Source: a virus. Taken from it: a stretch of 22,302 nt of DNA. The position numbers and the translations under genes are program-made. The notes beneath the pieces are model-generated. The model was not told the DNA's origin and made no database searches. It saw nothing but the letters and a program-made list of their open reading frames with translations. Where the stretch lies: the UHGV virus genome UHGV-1135478; one strand, 5' to 3'. Numbering within the stretch: position 1 is the stretch's first letter; each line of letters begins with the position of its first letter. Shown one piece after another: positions 1 to 15,291 of this stretch.

Positions 1-1
1 T

Positions 2-436
2 CAGCAATATTCCCCTAAAGACGTTGTATGTAGCTGGAATGGTATTGCCATTGAAGGCTTTGCCCCAGACTCATTCTTGCGTCTACAGAGAACATCACCA
101 CTTGTGACACCAGTTGTTGGTGCAGGTGGTCAGGTTGCTCTGACAAGAAATGCAGACAAGACAGGTACTATTGAGATTGAGCTAATGCAGACTTCTCTCT
201 CTAACCAGATGCTTTCTGCAATTCAAGCTAAACAAGACAATATGGAACTTGAAGTAGATATCTCTTCTAACTTCGTAATCTACGACCCATCAGGCTCTGT
301 TCTGGCAACTGGTATTAATGCTTGGTTGCAGGAGTTGCCACAGATTGAACTTGGTCGTGACCAGAACTCTAAAACTTGGATTTTTGGTTGTGAGAAGCTA
401 GACTATACTTCTACAATTCCAGCGTCAAGTGTTTAA
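2..436 (+). CDS. Putative tail tube / major tail protein, 3' portion (5' end upstream of window)
   Basis: Frame of the 77..436 ORF is open back to the window edge (no stop in nt 2-76), stop TAA 434-436. Lies directly upstream of the chaperone pair and tape measure gene and is followed by a strong intrinsic terminator. Function is from synteny only. Confidence 0.4.
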   Translation, partial: QQYSPKDVVCSWNGIAIEGFAPDSFLRLQRTSPLVTPVVGAGGQVALTRNADKTGTIEIELMQTSLSNQMLSAIQAKQDNMELEVDISSNFVIYDPSGSVLATGINAWLQELPQIELGRDQNSKTWIFGCEKLDYTSTIPASSV

Positions 437-448
437 TAAATCCTATAA

Positions 449-480
449 GGGGGAGACTTTAAAAGGTCTTCCCCTTTTTT
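449..480 (+). terminator. Rho-independent terminator after putative tail tube gene
   Basis: GGGGGAGAC (449-457) pairs with GTCTTCCCC (466-474), 9 bp with one G-U and an 8-nt loop, followed by TTTTTTGTTTCTTTT. Confidence 0.65.
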
Positions 481-509
481 GTTTCTTTTAAAAGTATTAA
501 GGAATCACA

Positions 510-908
510 ATGAAAACAGAATTTAGAGTAATTAATGGTAAGAAAGTAAATATCGTTCTGCTTGGGGCAAGAGATGGTATTAAGATGTCTATGAAGTTGG
601 GTAAAATTGTTGTTCCAACCTTTGCACAGATGCTATCAAGTCTGACTGACAAGGATAAGAAGGAAGCTCCAATGGTTCCATTTAAAGAACTTGTTGAAGC
701 TTGTTTTGACAGAATTGAAGAGATTAACCTTGAAGAAATGGCAACTCTGTTATTTCAAGGGGCAACTGTTGATGACTTCCCACTTAATATTGATACGTAC
801 TTCCAAGCAAACTATGGTGAGTTCATTGATTACTTAGCATTTGCGCTGGAGGCAAACTTCGGAAGTTTTTTCGAAGCAAGCATTTTCAAAAGCCTAACTT
901 CTCAGTAA
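510..908 (+). CDS. Tail assembly chaperone (gpG-like)
   Basis: 132-aa ORF directly upstream of the tape measure gene; RBS AAGGA 7 nt before the ATG; slippery heptamer near its 3' end. Confidence 0.55.
   Translation: MKTEFRVINGKKVNIVLLGARDGIKMSMKLGKIVVPTFAQMLSSLTDKDKKEAPMVPFKELVEACFDRIEEINLEEMATLLFQGATVDDFPLNIDTYFQANYGEFIDYLAFALEANFGSFFEASIFKSLTSQ
866..872 (+). other. Candidate -1 programmed frameshift slippery site T_TTT_TTC
   Basis: Heptamer TTTTTTC sits in X_XXY_YYZ register in the 510..908 frame (aGT TTT TTC = S F F). The -1 frame is open from 830 to 1150 and contains the 911..1150 ORF. Confidence 0.5.
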
Positions 909-910
909 AC

Positions 911-1149
911 ATGGGCAACACTCTACAGACACCACTAACTGATGCTGCTGTAGAGGCAACCTATGAAGAAGCAGACGAGATGAAATTTGTGCTTGCTATT
1001 TATGGTATGGAAGGGTGTAAAGAAACACTTGACCAACTCTTTGCTATGACATTCTCTGATTTATTATCATTGAGACAATTTCTTGAAATTCAGAGGTCGT
1101 ATAAAGAGGAAATTGCTTACAACGAACTTAGAAGAGCAGGAAAAATGTA

Positions 1150-1150
<1 letters not shown>
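911..1150 (+). CDS. Tail assembly chaperone -1 frame extension (gpGT/T-like), probably made only as a frameshift fusion with 510..~871
   Basis: ORF is in the -1 frame relative to 510..908. No Shine-Dalgarno before ATG 911. Its stop overlaps the tape measure start (TAATG). Confidence 0.5.
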
Positions 1151-9166
<8,016 letters not shown>

Positions 9167-9168
9167 TA

Positions 9169-10335
9169 ATGGCAGTAGGTGAAATTCAAATTAGTGCCTT
9201 GCCTCAAGCAGCCTTACCAATTGACCTTAGTGATATCTTCCATCTTAAGCAGGGTATTGAGGATAAGAGATGTACTCTTGAGCAATTACTTGCTCCACAC
9301 TCAAGCCTAAGAAATAACCCTCACGGTGTTACTAAAACACAAATTGGTTTAGATAATGTTATCAATGCTCTTCAGTTAGTTGCTGCAAATAACTTATCAG
9401 ATGTTGCTAATGTCACTGAGGCAAGAGCAAATCTACAGATTATGTCTTCAGAAGAGGTTAATAGCCTTGTTCAACAGCATATTAATGATAAAAGTAACCC
9501 ACACAATACAACTAAGGCACAGGTTGGTTTGAGCAATGTCCAGAACTGGGTGACATCTAACCTTTATAATGAGGATGCAGATAAGTATGCTACAGCAAGA
9601 GCAGTAAATAACTTGTACAAGGCTGTTCAGGCTTCTTATCCAGTAGGTACTATCCATCTCTCTATGAATCCTGCAAACCCTTCTACATATTTAATTTGTG
9701 GAGGTACTTGGGAGTTAGTTTCAAGAGGAAGAGCACTTGTAGGTTATGATAGTGATTCTAGGCCAGTTGGTAGTAACTTTGGCTCAAGTAGTGTTAGCTT
9801 ATCTAGTAACAACCTACCATCACATAGCCATTCAATCTACCTAACTGGTGGTGGACACACTCATGGTGCTGCTATTACTATTGATGGCTTTGATTACGGC
9901 AATAAGAGCACAAACAGTTTCGATTATGGAACAAAGACCACTAATAGCACTGGTGCTCACACCCACTCAGTGAGTGGTTCAACAAATACCACAGGTAATC
10001 ACACACATACTGTAGGTGGTCGTTATGGTGGTGACTCTATCGGTGGTAAACATCGTGTTCAGGTCTCAGGGACTGAACAGGTTTCCAGTGTAGCTGGTGA
10101 CCACTCACACGCTATTAGCGGTTCAACAAATACCACAGGTAATCACCAACACACTGTTGCAATTGGTGCTCATACCCATACTGTTGCAATTGGTGCTCAT
10201 ACCCATAAAGGCACAGTAACTTTGCAGTCATCTGAGCATACTCACTCAGGTACTACAGGTACTACAGGTGCTGGTCAAGCATTTAGCATTGAACAACCAT
10301 CCTTTGTGGTTTATGTATGGCAAAGAACCGCTTAA
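9169..10335 (+). CDS. Tail fibre protein (tail-collar-like domain + His-x-His repeat C-terminus)
   Basis: 388 aa. N-terminal repeated motif NPHxxTKxQxGLxNV (twice). Collar-like segment …CGGTWELVSRGRALVG…LSSNNLPSHSHS…. C-terminus rich in HTH/HSH/HQH motifs (GAHTHSVSGSTNTTGNHTHTVGG…). RBS AGGAG. Confidence 0.8.
   Translation: MAVGEIQISALPQAALPIDLSDIFHLKQGIEDKRCTLEQLLAPHSSLRNNPHGVTKTQIGLDNVINALQLVAANNLSDVANVTEARANLQIMSSEEVNSLVQQHINDKSNPHNTTKAQVGLSNVQNWVTSNLYNEDADKYATARAVNNLYKAVQASYPVGTIHLSMNPANPSTYLICGGTWELVSRGRALVGYDSDSRPVGSNFGSSSVSLSSNNLPSHSHSIYLTGGGHTHGAAITIDGFDYGNKSTNSFDYGTKTTNSTGAHTHSVSGSTNTTGNHTHTVGGRYGGDSIGGKHRVQVSGTEQVSSVAGDHSHAISGSTNTTGNHQHTVAIGAHTHTVAIGAHTHKGTVTLQSSEHTHSGTTGTTGAGQAFSIEQPSFVVYVWQRTA
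9916..10089 (+). repeat. Direct repeat copy 1 (shared tail-fibre C-terminal module)
   Basis: Roughly 80% nt identity by eye to 12546-12719; identical runs ACTGGTGCTCACACCCACTCAGTGAGTGGTTC (9949-9980 = 12579-12610) and TATGGTGGTGACTCTATCGGTGGTAAAC. Confidence 0.8.
10153..10206 (+). repeat. Perfect in-frame tandem duplication, 2 x 27 nt (encodes TVAIGAHTH twice)
   Basis: ACTGTTGCAATTGGTGCTCATACCCAT occurs twice back-to-back with no mismatch (10153-10179 and 10180-10206). Confidence 0.85.
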
Positions 10336-10347
10336 AAATTCTTTTAC

Positions 10348-10370
10348 AGGGGGCTGTACAGCCCTCTTTC
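10348..10370 (+). terminator. Candidate rho-independent terminator between the two fibre genes
   Basis: AGGGGGCT (10348-10355) pairs with AGCCCTCT (10360-10367), 8 bp with one G-U and loop GTAC; short T tract follows. Confidence 0.45.
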
Positions 10371-10385
10371 TAGAGGACAAAAATA

Positions 10386-12905
10386 ATGGCAGATTACAAA
10401 TTGAGTGAATTAAACTCAATCGATACAATCCGTTCAGACGACCTTCTTCATGTCAGGGTTAAAAAGAGACCTGAAATGCTGGGTGATGAAGACCGTCGAA
10501 TGACCTATCAAGACTTCTTAGCATCTTTTAAGCTTGAAAGATTTGTTCAGATTGCTGGTAGTACTATGACTGGTGACTTAGGGATTGTTAAGTTACTTTA
10601 TGGTGGTAAGGCAGTCTTTGACCCTACAGGCTCTTCTGAGATTACTATGGGGGATATTTTAAAGACTTTTAAAATTAACGCAAATGGTCTTAAATTAACT
10701 ATTGCAGATGCTTCAAGGTCAGCAACTGTTTATCATACTCTGAATAAGCCAAGTCCTAATGAGCTTGGTATGAGAACTAATGAAGAGAATGACGCAAGAT
10801 ATGCAAGACTTGCTGTTACAAACACATTCTCTGGGACTCAGAACATTCAAGGTGATGTTAACTTACTTCGCCTTAGAAACCAAAATGCAAATAATGCACA
10901 ATATATTGAAGGTGTAGACCTAGATGGCTCGGCTAGATGGTTGGTTGGTATTAGCAAAAATGGTTCTGATGCAGTGCAGTTGTACAATAACAAATATGAC
11001 TCAGCTTTGACTATTGCAAGCAATATCTCTGTGAATAAGTCTCTAGCAATCACTGGTCAAGTACAACCTTCTGACTTCTCTAACTTAGATGCTAGATACT
11101 TTACTCAGACAGCAGCTAATCAGAGATTTGCACAGTTAGCTGTTAATAACACTTTTACAGGTGCTAATACTTTCACTAACCTTGTTGTTAAGAAGAATGC
11201 TAATGCTATTACTTTGCAGAATACTGATGCAGGTACAGCACTTTATATTCTTGGTAAGAAGTCTGATGGAACAAATAAATGGTATGTTGGTACAGATTCT
11301 GATGAGACACGTCTGAATATTTATAACTACATTACAGGTTCACAGGTTTCACTAGGTACTACTGTTGGTATTAATAAAACCTTGCAAATCAATGGTCAAG
11401 TTCAACCATCTGATTGGACTAACATTGACTCTAGATATATTCCGGCAGCAACATTAAGTACAATTGCAAGAACTAATACTCTCAATACATTTTCTGTACG
11501 ACAAGTTATCAACTCTGATGGTGAAGCTCTTGCGTTAAAAGCAAAAACTGAAACGACATTGTTCATTAGGGGGTGGGCTGCTGATGGGACAGCTAAGTGG
11601 TATGTTGGTAATGGTGATGCCGATAACAATAATAACTTAAGGCTGTTTAACTACAAAACAGGTAAAGTGCTTACCATTGGCTCAACATTCGAAATGAATG
11701 CAACTTTAGCAATCACTGGGCAGGTTCAACCTTCAGATTGGTCTAACATTGATGCGAGATACTACAACAAATCATCTGCTGATAACAGATATCTGAGAGT
11801 AAGAAGCACAGATTTCAATACTAGTGGTGCTGGTAAATGGGCTAAGATTGCAACTGTGAATATGCCACAAGGCGCATCAACAGCAGTGATTGAACTGTTT
11901 GGTGGGGCTGGATTTAACTTTGGCCTAATTGACCAAGCCTGTAAGACAGAAATTGTTCTTAGGACAGGGGATGGTAACCCAAAAGGCTTAAATGTTGTTG
12001 CATGGAAAAACTCACCGAATAGTGTTGTAAGTAGAATTGGGTATGTTAATACCTCTGGTGATAACTATGACATTTATTGCGCAGTTGGTAACTATCTAGC
12101 CGCTACAACAGCTAGGGTTCAGTCAACATCTAATGCAACAGTACAACTGTTTGAGGCTCCAGAGACATCTGACAACGCTCCATCTGGCTATGTTGATGGG
12201 ACAATTGCTCACTATTACACTAGTCTCTTGAAGCCAACACCTTCAGATATTGGTGCATATACTAAATCAGAAACTGACCAGAAGATTGCACAGGCAATTA
12301 GTGACTCTACAGACCTTAATAAAATCTATCCAGTAGGTATTGTAACGTGGTTTAACAGTAATGTTAACCCTAATACCGCACTTCCTGGATTAACTTGGAC
12401 GTACCTGAACAATGGTGTAGGTAGGACAATCAGGGTTGCAGCAGCTAATGGTTCAGATGTTGCTACAACTGGAGGCTCAGATTCTGTTACGTTAGCAGTT
12501 GGAAACTTACCTTCACACACTCATAGTTTCTCTGCGACAACCTCTAGCTTTGACTACGGTACTAAAACCACTAACACTACTGGTGCTCACACCCACTCAG
12601 TGAGTGGTTCTACTAACAACACTGGTGCTCATACACATACAGTTGGTGGTCATTATGGTGGTGACTCTATCGGTGGTAAACCTCGTGTTCAGGTATTTGG
12701 TACAGAACAGGTATCTAGCTCTGCTGGTGCTCACGCTCACACTGTATCTGGTACTGCTGCCTCTAACGGAAACCATGCTCACACTGTTGGTATTGGTGCT
12801 CACAGTCATACAGTTAGTGGTAACACTGGTGGTACAGGTTCTGGTTCAGCATTTAGTGTAACTAACCAGTTCTATAAGCTGATGGCTTGGGTAAGAACTG
12901 CTTAA
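10386..12905 (+). CDS. Long tail fibre protein (internal domain repeats; collar-like + His-x-His C-terminus)
   Basis: 839 aa; RBS AGAGGA. Three to four ~110-aa internal repeats, each ending …GQVQPSD(F/W)(S/T)N(L/I)D(A/S)RY. C-terminal ~190 aa homologous to fibre 1 (…GNLPSHTHS…GAHTHSVSGSTNNTGAHTHTVGGHYGGDSIGGK…). Confidence 0.85.
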   Translation: MADYKLSELNSIDTIRSDDLLHVRVKKRPEMLGDEDRRMTYQDFLASFKLERFVQIAGSTMTGDLGIVKLLYGGKAVFDPTGSSEITMGDILKTFKINANGLKLTIADASRSATVYHTLNKPSPNELGMRTNEENDARYARLAVTNTFSGTQNIQGDVNLLRLRNQNANNAQYIEGVDLDGSARWLVGISKNGSDAVQLYNNKYDSALTIASNISVNKSLAITGQVQPSDFSNLDARYFTQTAANQRFAQLAVNNTFTGANTFTNLVVKKNANAITLQNTDAGTALYILGKKSDGTNKWYVGTDSDETRLNIYNYITGSQVSLGTTVGINKTLQINGQVQPSDWTNIDSRYIPAATLSTIARTNTLNTFSVRQVINSDGEALALKAKTETTLFIRGWAADGTAKWYVGNGDADNNNNLRLFNYKTGKVLTIGSTFEMNATLAITGQVQPSDWSNIDARYYNKSSADNRYLRVRSTDFNTSGAGKWAKIATVNMPQGASTAVIELFGGAGFNFGLIDQACKTEIVLRTGDGNPKGLNVVAWKNSPNSVVSRIGYVNTSGDNYDIYCAVGNYLAATTARVQSTSNATVQLFEAPETSDNAPSGYVDGTIAHYYTSLLKPTPSDIGAYTKSETDQKIAQAISDSTDLNKIYPVGIVTWFNSNVNPNTALPGLTWTYLNNGVGRTIRVAAANGSDVATTGGSDSVTLAVGNLPSHTHSFSATTSSFDYGTKTTNTTGAHTHSVSGSTNNTGAHTHTVGGHYGGDSIGGKPRVQVFGTEQVSSSAGAHAHTVSGTAASNGNHAHTVGIGAHSHTVSGNTGGTGSGSAFSVTNQFYKLMAWVRTA
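10773..11795 (+). repeat. Tandem ~330-nt intragenic domain repeats in the long fibre gene
   Basis: GQVQPSD motif recurs at codons 224, 337 and 445 (nt ~11055, ~11394, ~11718) with flanking KWYVG / LAVxNTF motifs; copies are diverged at nt level. Confidence 0.6.
12546..12719 (+). repeat. Direct repeat copy 2 (shared tail-fibre C-terminal module)
   Basis: Counterpart of 9916-10089; see that entry. Confidence 0.8.
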
Positions 12906-12912
12906 TCCCTTA

Positions 12913-12941
12913 TTGACTGATTGTTAAGATGGTGTTAATAT
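12913..12941 (+). promoter_or_regulatory. Sigma70-like promoter (TTGACT-N17-TAATAT)
   Basis: -35 TTGACT at 12913-12918, 17-nt spacer, -10 TAATAT at 12936-12941; 8 nt after the long-fibre stop and ~44 nt before ATG 12985. Confidence 0.55.
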
Positions 12942-12966
12942 TCTTTATGGGTATTCTCACCATCTT
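12926..12966. repeat. Perfect 9-bp inverted repeat bracketing the promoter -10 and start region (operator-like)
   Basis: AAGATGGTG (12926-12934) and CACCATCTT (12958-12966), 23-nt spacer; no T tract follows, so not a canonical terminator. Confidence 0.5.
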
Positions 12967-12984
12967 GGCTGATGAGGTGATTAA

Positions 12985-13179
12985 ATGCCTACAATCCTAG
13001 CAATTCTCCTAAAAAATCTAGGTAGCTTCTTCTGGAAACTCATTTTATCCCTTCTAAGTGAATACATGATTGAGAAAGTGTTCTTTAAGCTTGCAAGATA
13101 CCTTGCGGGTAAGACAGACACACCTATTGATGATGAGTTCGTAGATAACTTAGAAAAAGCTTTTAAGGGGGAGAAATAA
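12985..13179 (+). CDS. Small membrane-associated protein (holin-like or exclusion-type; function unknown)
   Basis: 64 aa; hydrophobic N-terminal half (ILAILLKNLGSFFWKLILSLL) and charged C-terminus; RBS GAGGTG 5 nt before ATG. Confidence 0.5.
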   Translation: MPTILAILLKNLGSFFWKLILSLLSEYMIEKVFFKLARYLAGKTDTPIDDEFVDNLEKAFKGEK

Positions 13180-13545
13180 ATGAAGTGGCTAGAGGAAGCT
13201 TTTAAAAATAATATTGGTGCAATTGTTGTTGGTATTTTTAGTGTTATTGGGATGTATACCACGATGCAAGTTTCAAGTGGTAAGCAAGAAGTGTCTGTCA
13301 CAACAAAGTTACAGCAGCTAGATAATTATTCCAGAAGTAACTATTCAGCTATTCGTGATTTACAGTCTGACATGAGACTGATTCAGCTAGGGATGGAGAA
13401 CCAGAAAGTTCAGTTAGAGAATGTTAAGGGTGAAAACGCAAAACTTACCAGAACCCTTGATAAATTCTCTGACAGTGTAAATAATCTGGCTCAATCAGTA
13501 TCAGCCCTCCAAGCTATTACTGAGAAGAACACAAAAGAACACTGA
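13180..13545 (+). CDS. Membrane-anchored coiled-coil protein (i-spanin-like topology; function unknown)
   Basis: 121 aa; one N-terminal transmembrane segment (IGAIVVGIFSVIGMYTTM) then a heptad-like polar/charged region; RBS GGGGGAG; start overlaps preceding stop (TAAATG). Confidence 0.5.
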   Translation: MKWLEEAFKNNIGAIVVGIFSVIGMYTTMQVSSGKQEVSVTTKLQQLDNYSRSNYSAIRDLQSDMRLIQLGMENQKVQLENVKGENAKLTRTLDKFSDSVNNLAQSVSALQAITEKNTKEH

Positions 13546-13557
13546 AAATAAAATTTT

Positions 13558-13581
13558 AAGGCTCCTTTTTACGGGAGCCTT
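13558..13581. terminator. Bidirectional intrinsic terminator at the convergent junction
   Basis: AAGGCTCC (13558-13565) pairs with GGAGCCTT (13574-13581), loop TTTTTACG; T-rich 3' on the + strand and U-rich on the - strand; between stop 13545 (+) and stop 13588 (-). Confidence 0.65.
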
Positions 13582-13587
13582 TTTGTT

Positions 13588-14487
13588 TTACTTACCTACT
13601 GACAAAGGTGCTTCAATCTTCCCTGCGTGTTTGTAGTTGTTAATACCACCAATAAAATCACTCGCAGTAAGGTGTTTTAGGTCACTTAGCGTGTTAAGTG
13701 GTAGACCAATCTCAAAAGTTGGTGCATGGAACTCTTCATTATTCATCAATTCATAAACCTGCTTCATATGGTTCTGATAAATCTGAGTATCCCCAAAGAC
13801 ACCTATCAAGTATCGTGGAGTGTACCCAGTCATCTTGCAAAGTACTTCCAGAATAAAACCATAAGATGCAATGTTAAACGGAAGTCCTAAAAAGGTGTCT
13901 ACAGAACGTTGATACCATTGTAAGTCAACTTCACCCTCGTTAGTGATATAAATCTGAAACAGAACATGACAAGGTGCTAAAGCCATCGAGTTGGATGCAA
14001 TATCTGCTGCATTCCAAGCATTAACAAGCATGTAGCGGTCTGTGATATCACCTTTCATCTTCGTTACTAAGGTCTCTAACTGGTCTACAACACAACCATT
14101 ATGACCTTCAAAGTTTCTCCACTGAACCCCGTAGATTCTCCCACCTGCATCTTCTAACCAATCTTGTTCAGAAGAATAATTAGAGCTTAACCAGCGTTTA
14201 AAATCATCTGACCAGATAGTCCAGCGTTCTCCATCATTTTCACCCCAAGTACGGTAACGGAGTTCACCAAGTTTATTCTCACCGTTCAGGAACCATAAAG
14301 CTTCCCCAATAACTTGCCGTGTAAACACCTGTTTAGATGTTAAGAGTGGGAAACCAGTACGCATATCAAAACGAAATTGTGGTGGAGCGAATGCAGAGAT
14401 AACATCTCCAGTTCGTGCAGTACGCAGTTCACCAACGGATAAAACATGGTTCAGGATATTTTTGTAACTTGAATCTGCTTGTGACAT
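13588..14487 (-). CDS. thyA: Thymidylate synthase
   Basis: Active-site region …PCHVLFQIYI…QWYQRSVDTFLGLPFNIASYGFILEVLCKMTGY…GDTQIYQNHM… matches the ThyA signature. Start set to ATG 14485-14487 (MSQADSS…) just downstream of the DHFR stop, rather than the upstream alternative start in the ORF track. Confidence 0.9.
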   Translation of the reverse strand: MSQADSSYKNILNHVLSVGELRTARTGDVISAFAPPQFRFDMRTGFPLLTSKQVFTRQVIGEALWFLNGENKLGELRYRTWGENDGERWTIWSDDFKRWLSSNYSSEQDWLEDAGGRIYGVQWRNFEGHNGCVVDQLETLVTKMKGDITDRYMLVNAWNAADIASNSMALAPCHVLFQIYITNEGEVDLQWYQRSVDTFLGLPFNIASYGFILEVLCKMTGYTPRYLIGVFGDTQIYQNHMKQVYELMNNEEFHAPTFEIGLPLNTLSDLKHLTASDFIGGINNYKHAGKIEAPLSVGK

Positions 14488-14488
14488 A

Positions 14489-15034
14489 TCAAAAGTGTCC
14501 TTTTGCTTGTGGAACATAAATTTCAAAGGTTGCTTTACCATCTACTGATGGTTTTGACTGAATCTTAGCGAAAATTTGACGGTCATGCAACTTATCAAAG
14601 AAATTCTCAAAAGGCAGATGCACAGTTGCCTCTTCAGTCACTTCATGGAAAACTGTACGGAAGACTACATCAGCATACGGTAAAGCACTGACAAGAATAA
14701 CTGCACCACCAATTACGAAGACGTCTTCTTCAATATTACTATCAAGATACTTTAAAAATGCTCCAAAAGAATCTTGATGAGCCTTAGCAAACATAACATC
14801 ATCTTTGGTGAAGTCCATACCATAATAAGGCACAGAATTTGTTAAGATGAGGTTTGTACGTTCTGGTAAAGGTTTACTACCCAGAGTCTTAAAAGTTTCA
14901 TTACCCATGACTACTAAGTTGTCTTTAGTGAGTCTCTTAAACTCTTGCATATCCTGTTTATGTTGAGGCCACGGCATACCAGTTGGAGTACCAAACTCCC
15001 CATTTTCACCACTTGCAAAGATTAATTTAATCAT
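14489..15034 (-). CDS. folA: Dihydrofolate reductase
   Basis: 181 aa with DHFR hallmarks (MIKLIFASGENGEFG…GMPWP…VVMGNETFKTLG…VFVIGGAVI…); RBS AAGGA; immediately upstream of thyA as in T4 frd-td. Confidence 0.85.
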   Translation of the reverse strand: MIKLIFASGENGEFGTPTGMPWPQHKQDMQEFKRLTKDNLVVMGNETFKTLGSKPLPERTNLILTNSVPYYGMDFTKDDVMFAKAHQDSFGAFLKYLDSNIEEDVFVIGGAVILVSALPYADVVFRTVFHEVTEEATVHLPFENFFDKLHDRQIFAKIQSKPSVDGKATFEIYVPQAKGHF

Positions 15035-15291
15035 TTTGTAAATCCTTTCTTAATGAACCAGTTGATAACATTCTTCACAGCTTTATTGCTATGGTAGATT
15101 AAGTGCGGTGTGGGTTGGTATGAACCATAAGCCCAGAATGATAGCTGCTCACCACAACCAACACATGTCGTACTCTCTTCAGCTATATGACCATTAACAA
15201 TCATATGAACTTCACCTTGCAAGTCTGTACACCCACAATGTGGACATCGGATAGGTGTTCCATCAGACTCATAGCAGTGTTCAATTTTCAT
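15031..15291 (-). CDS. Small zinc-ribbon protein (hypothetical)
   Basis: 86 aa with CPHCGC…CVGCGE; RBS GAGGT; start overlaps upstream stop (TAAATG), stop overlaps DHFR start. Confidence 0.6.
   Translation of the reverse strand: MKIEHCYESDGTPIRCPHCGCTDLQGEVHMIVNGHIAEESTTCVGCGEQLSFWAYGSYQPTPHLIYHSNKAVKNVINWFIKKGFTK

Noticed and set aside
9900-12810. Possible CRISPR-like periodic repeats in the His-rich regions
   Set aside because: The periodicity is in-frame coding repeats (HxH units), imperfect at nt level, with no spacer/repeat architecture and no cas genes.
12926-12966. Inverted repeat after the fibre gene as a rho-independent terminator
   Set aside because: 23-nt loop and no downstream T tract; its position straddling a promoter -10 fits an operator or 5' UTR structure better.
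13588-14541. Intron in thymidylate synthase (as in T4 td), and the longer N-terminal extension from the ORF-track start
   Set aside because: The ThyA reading frame is contiguous through all conserved motifs. The upstream extension overlaps the DHFR 3' end and has no counterpart in ThyA proteins, so the ATG at 14487 was preferred.
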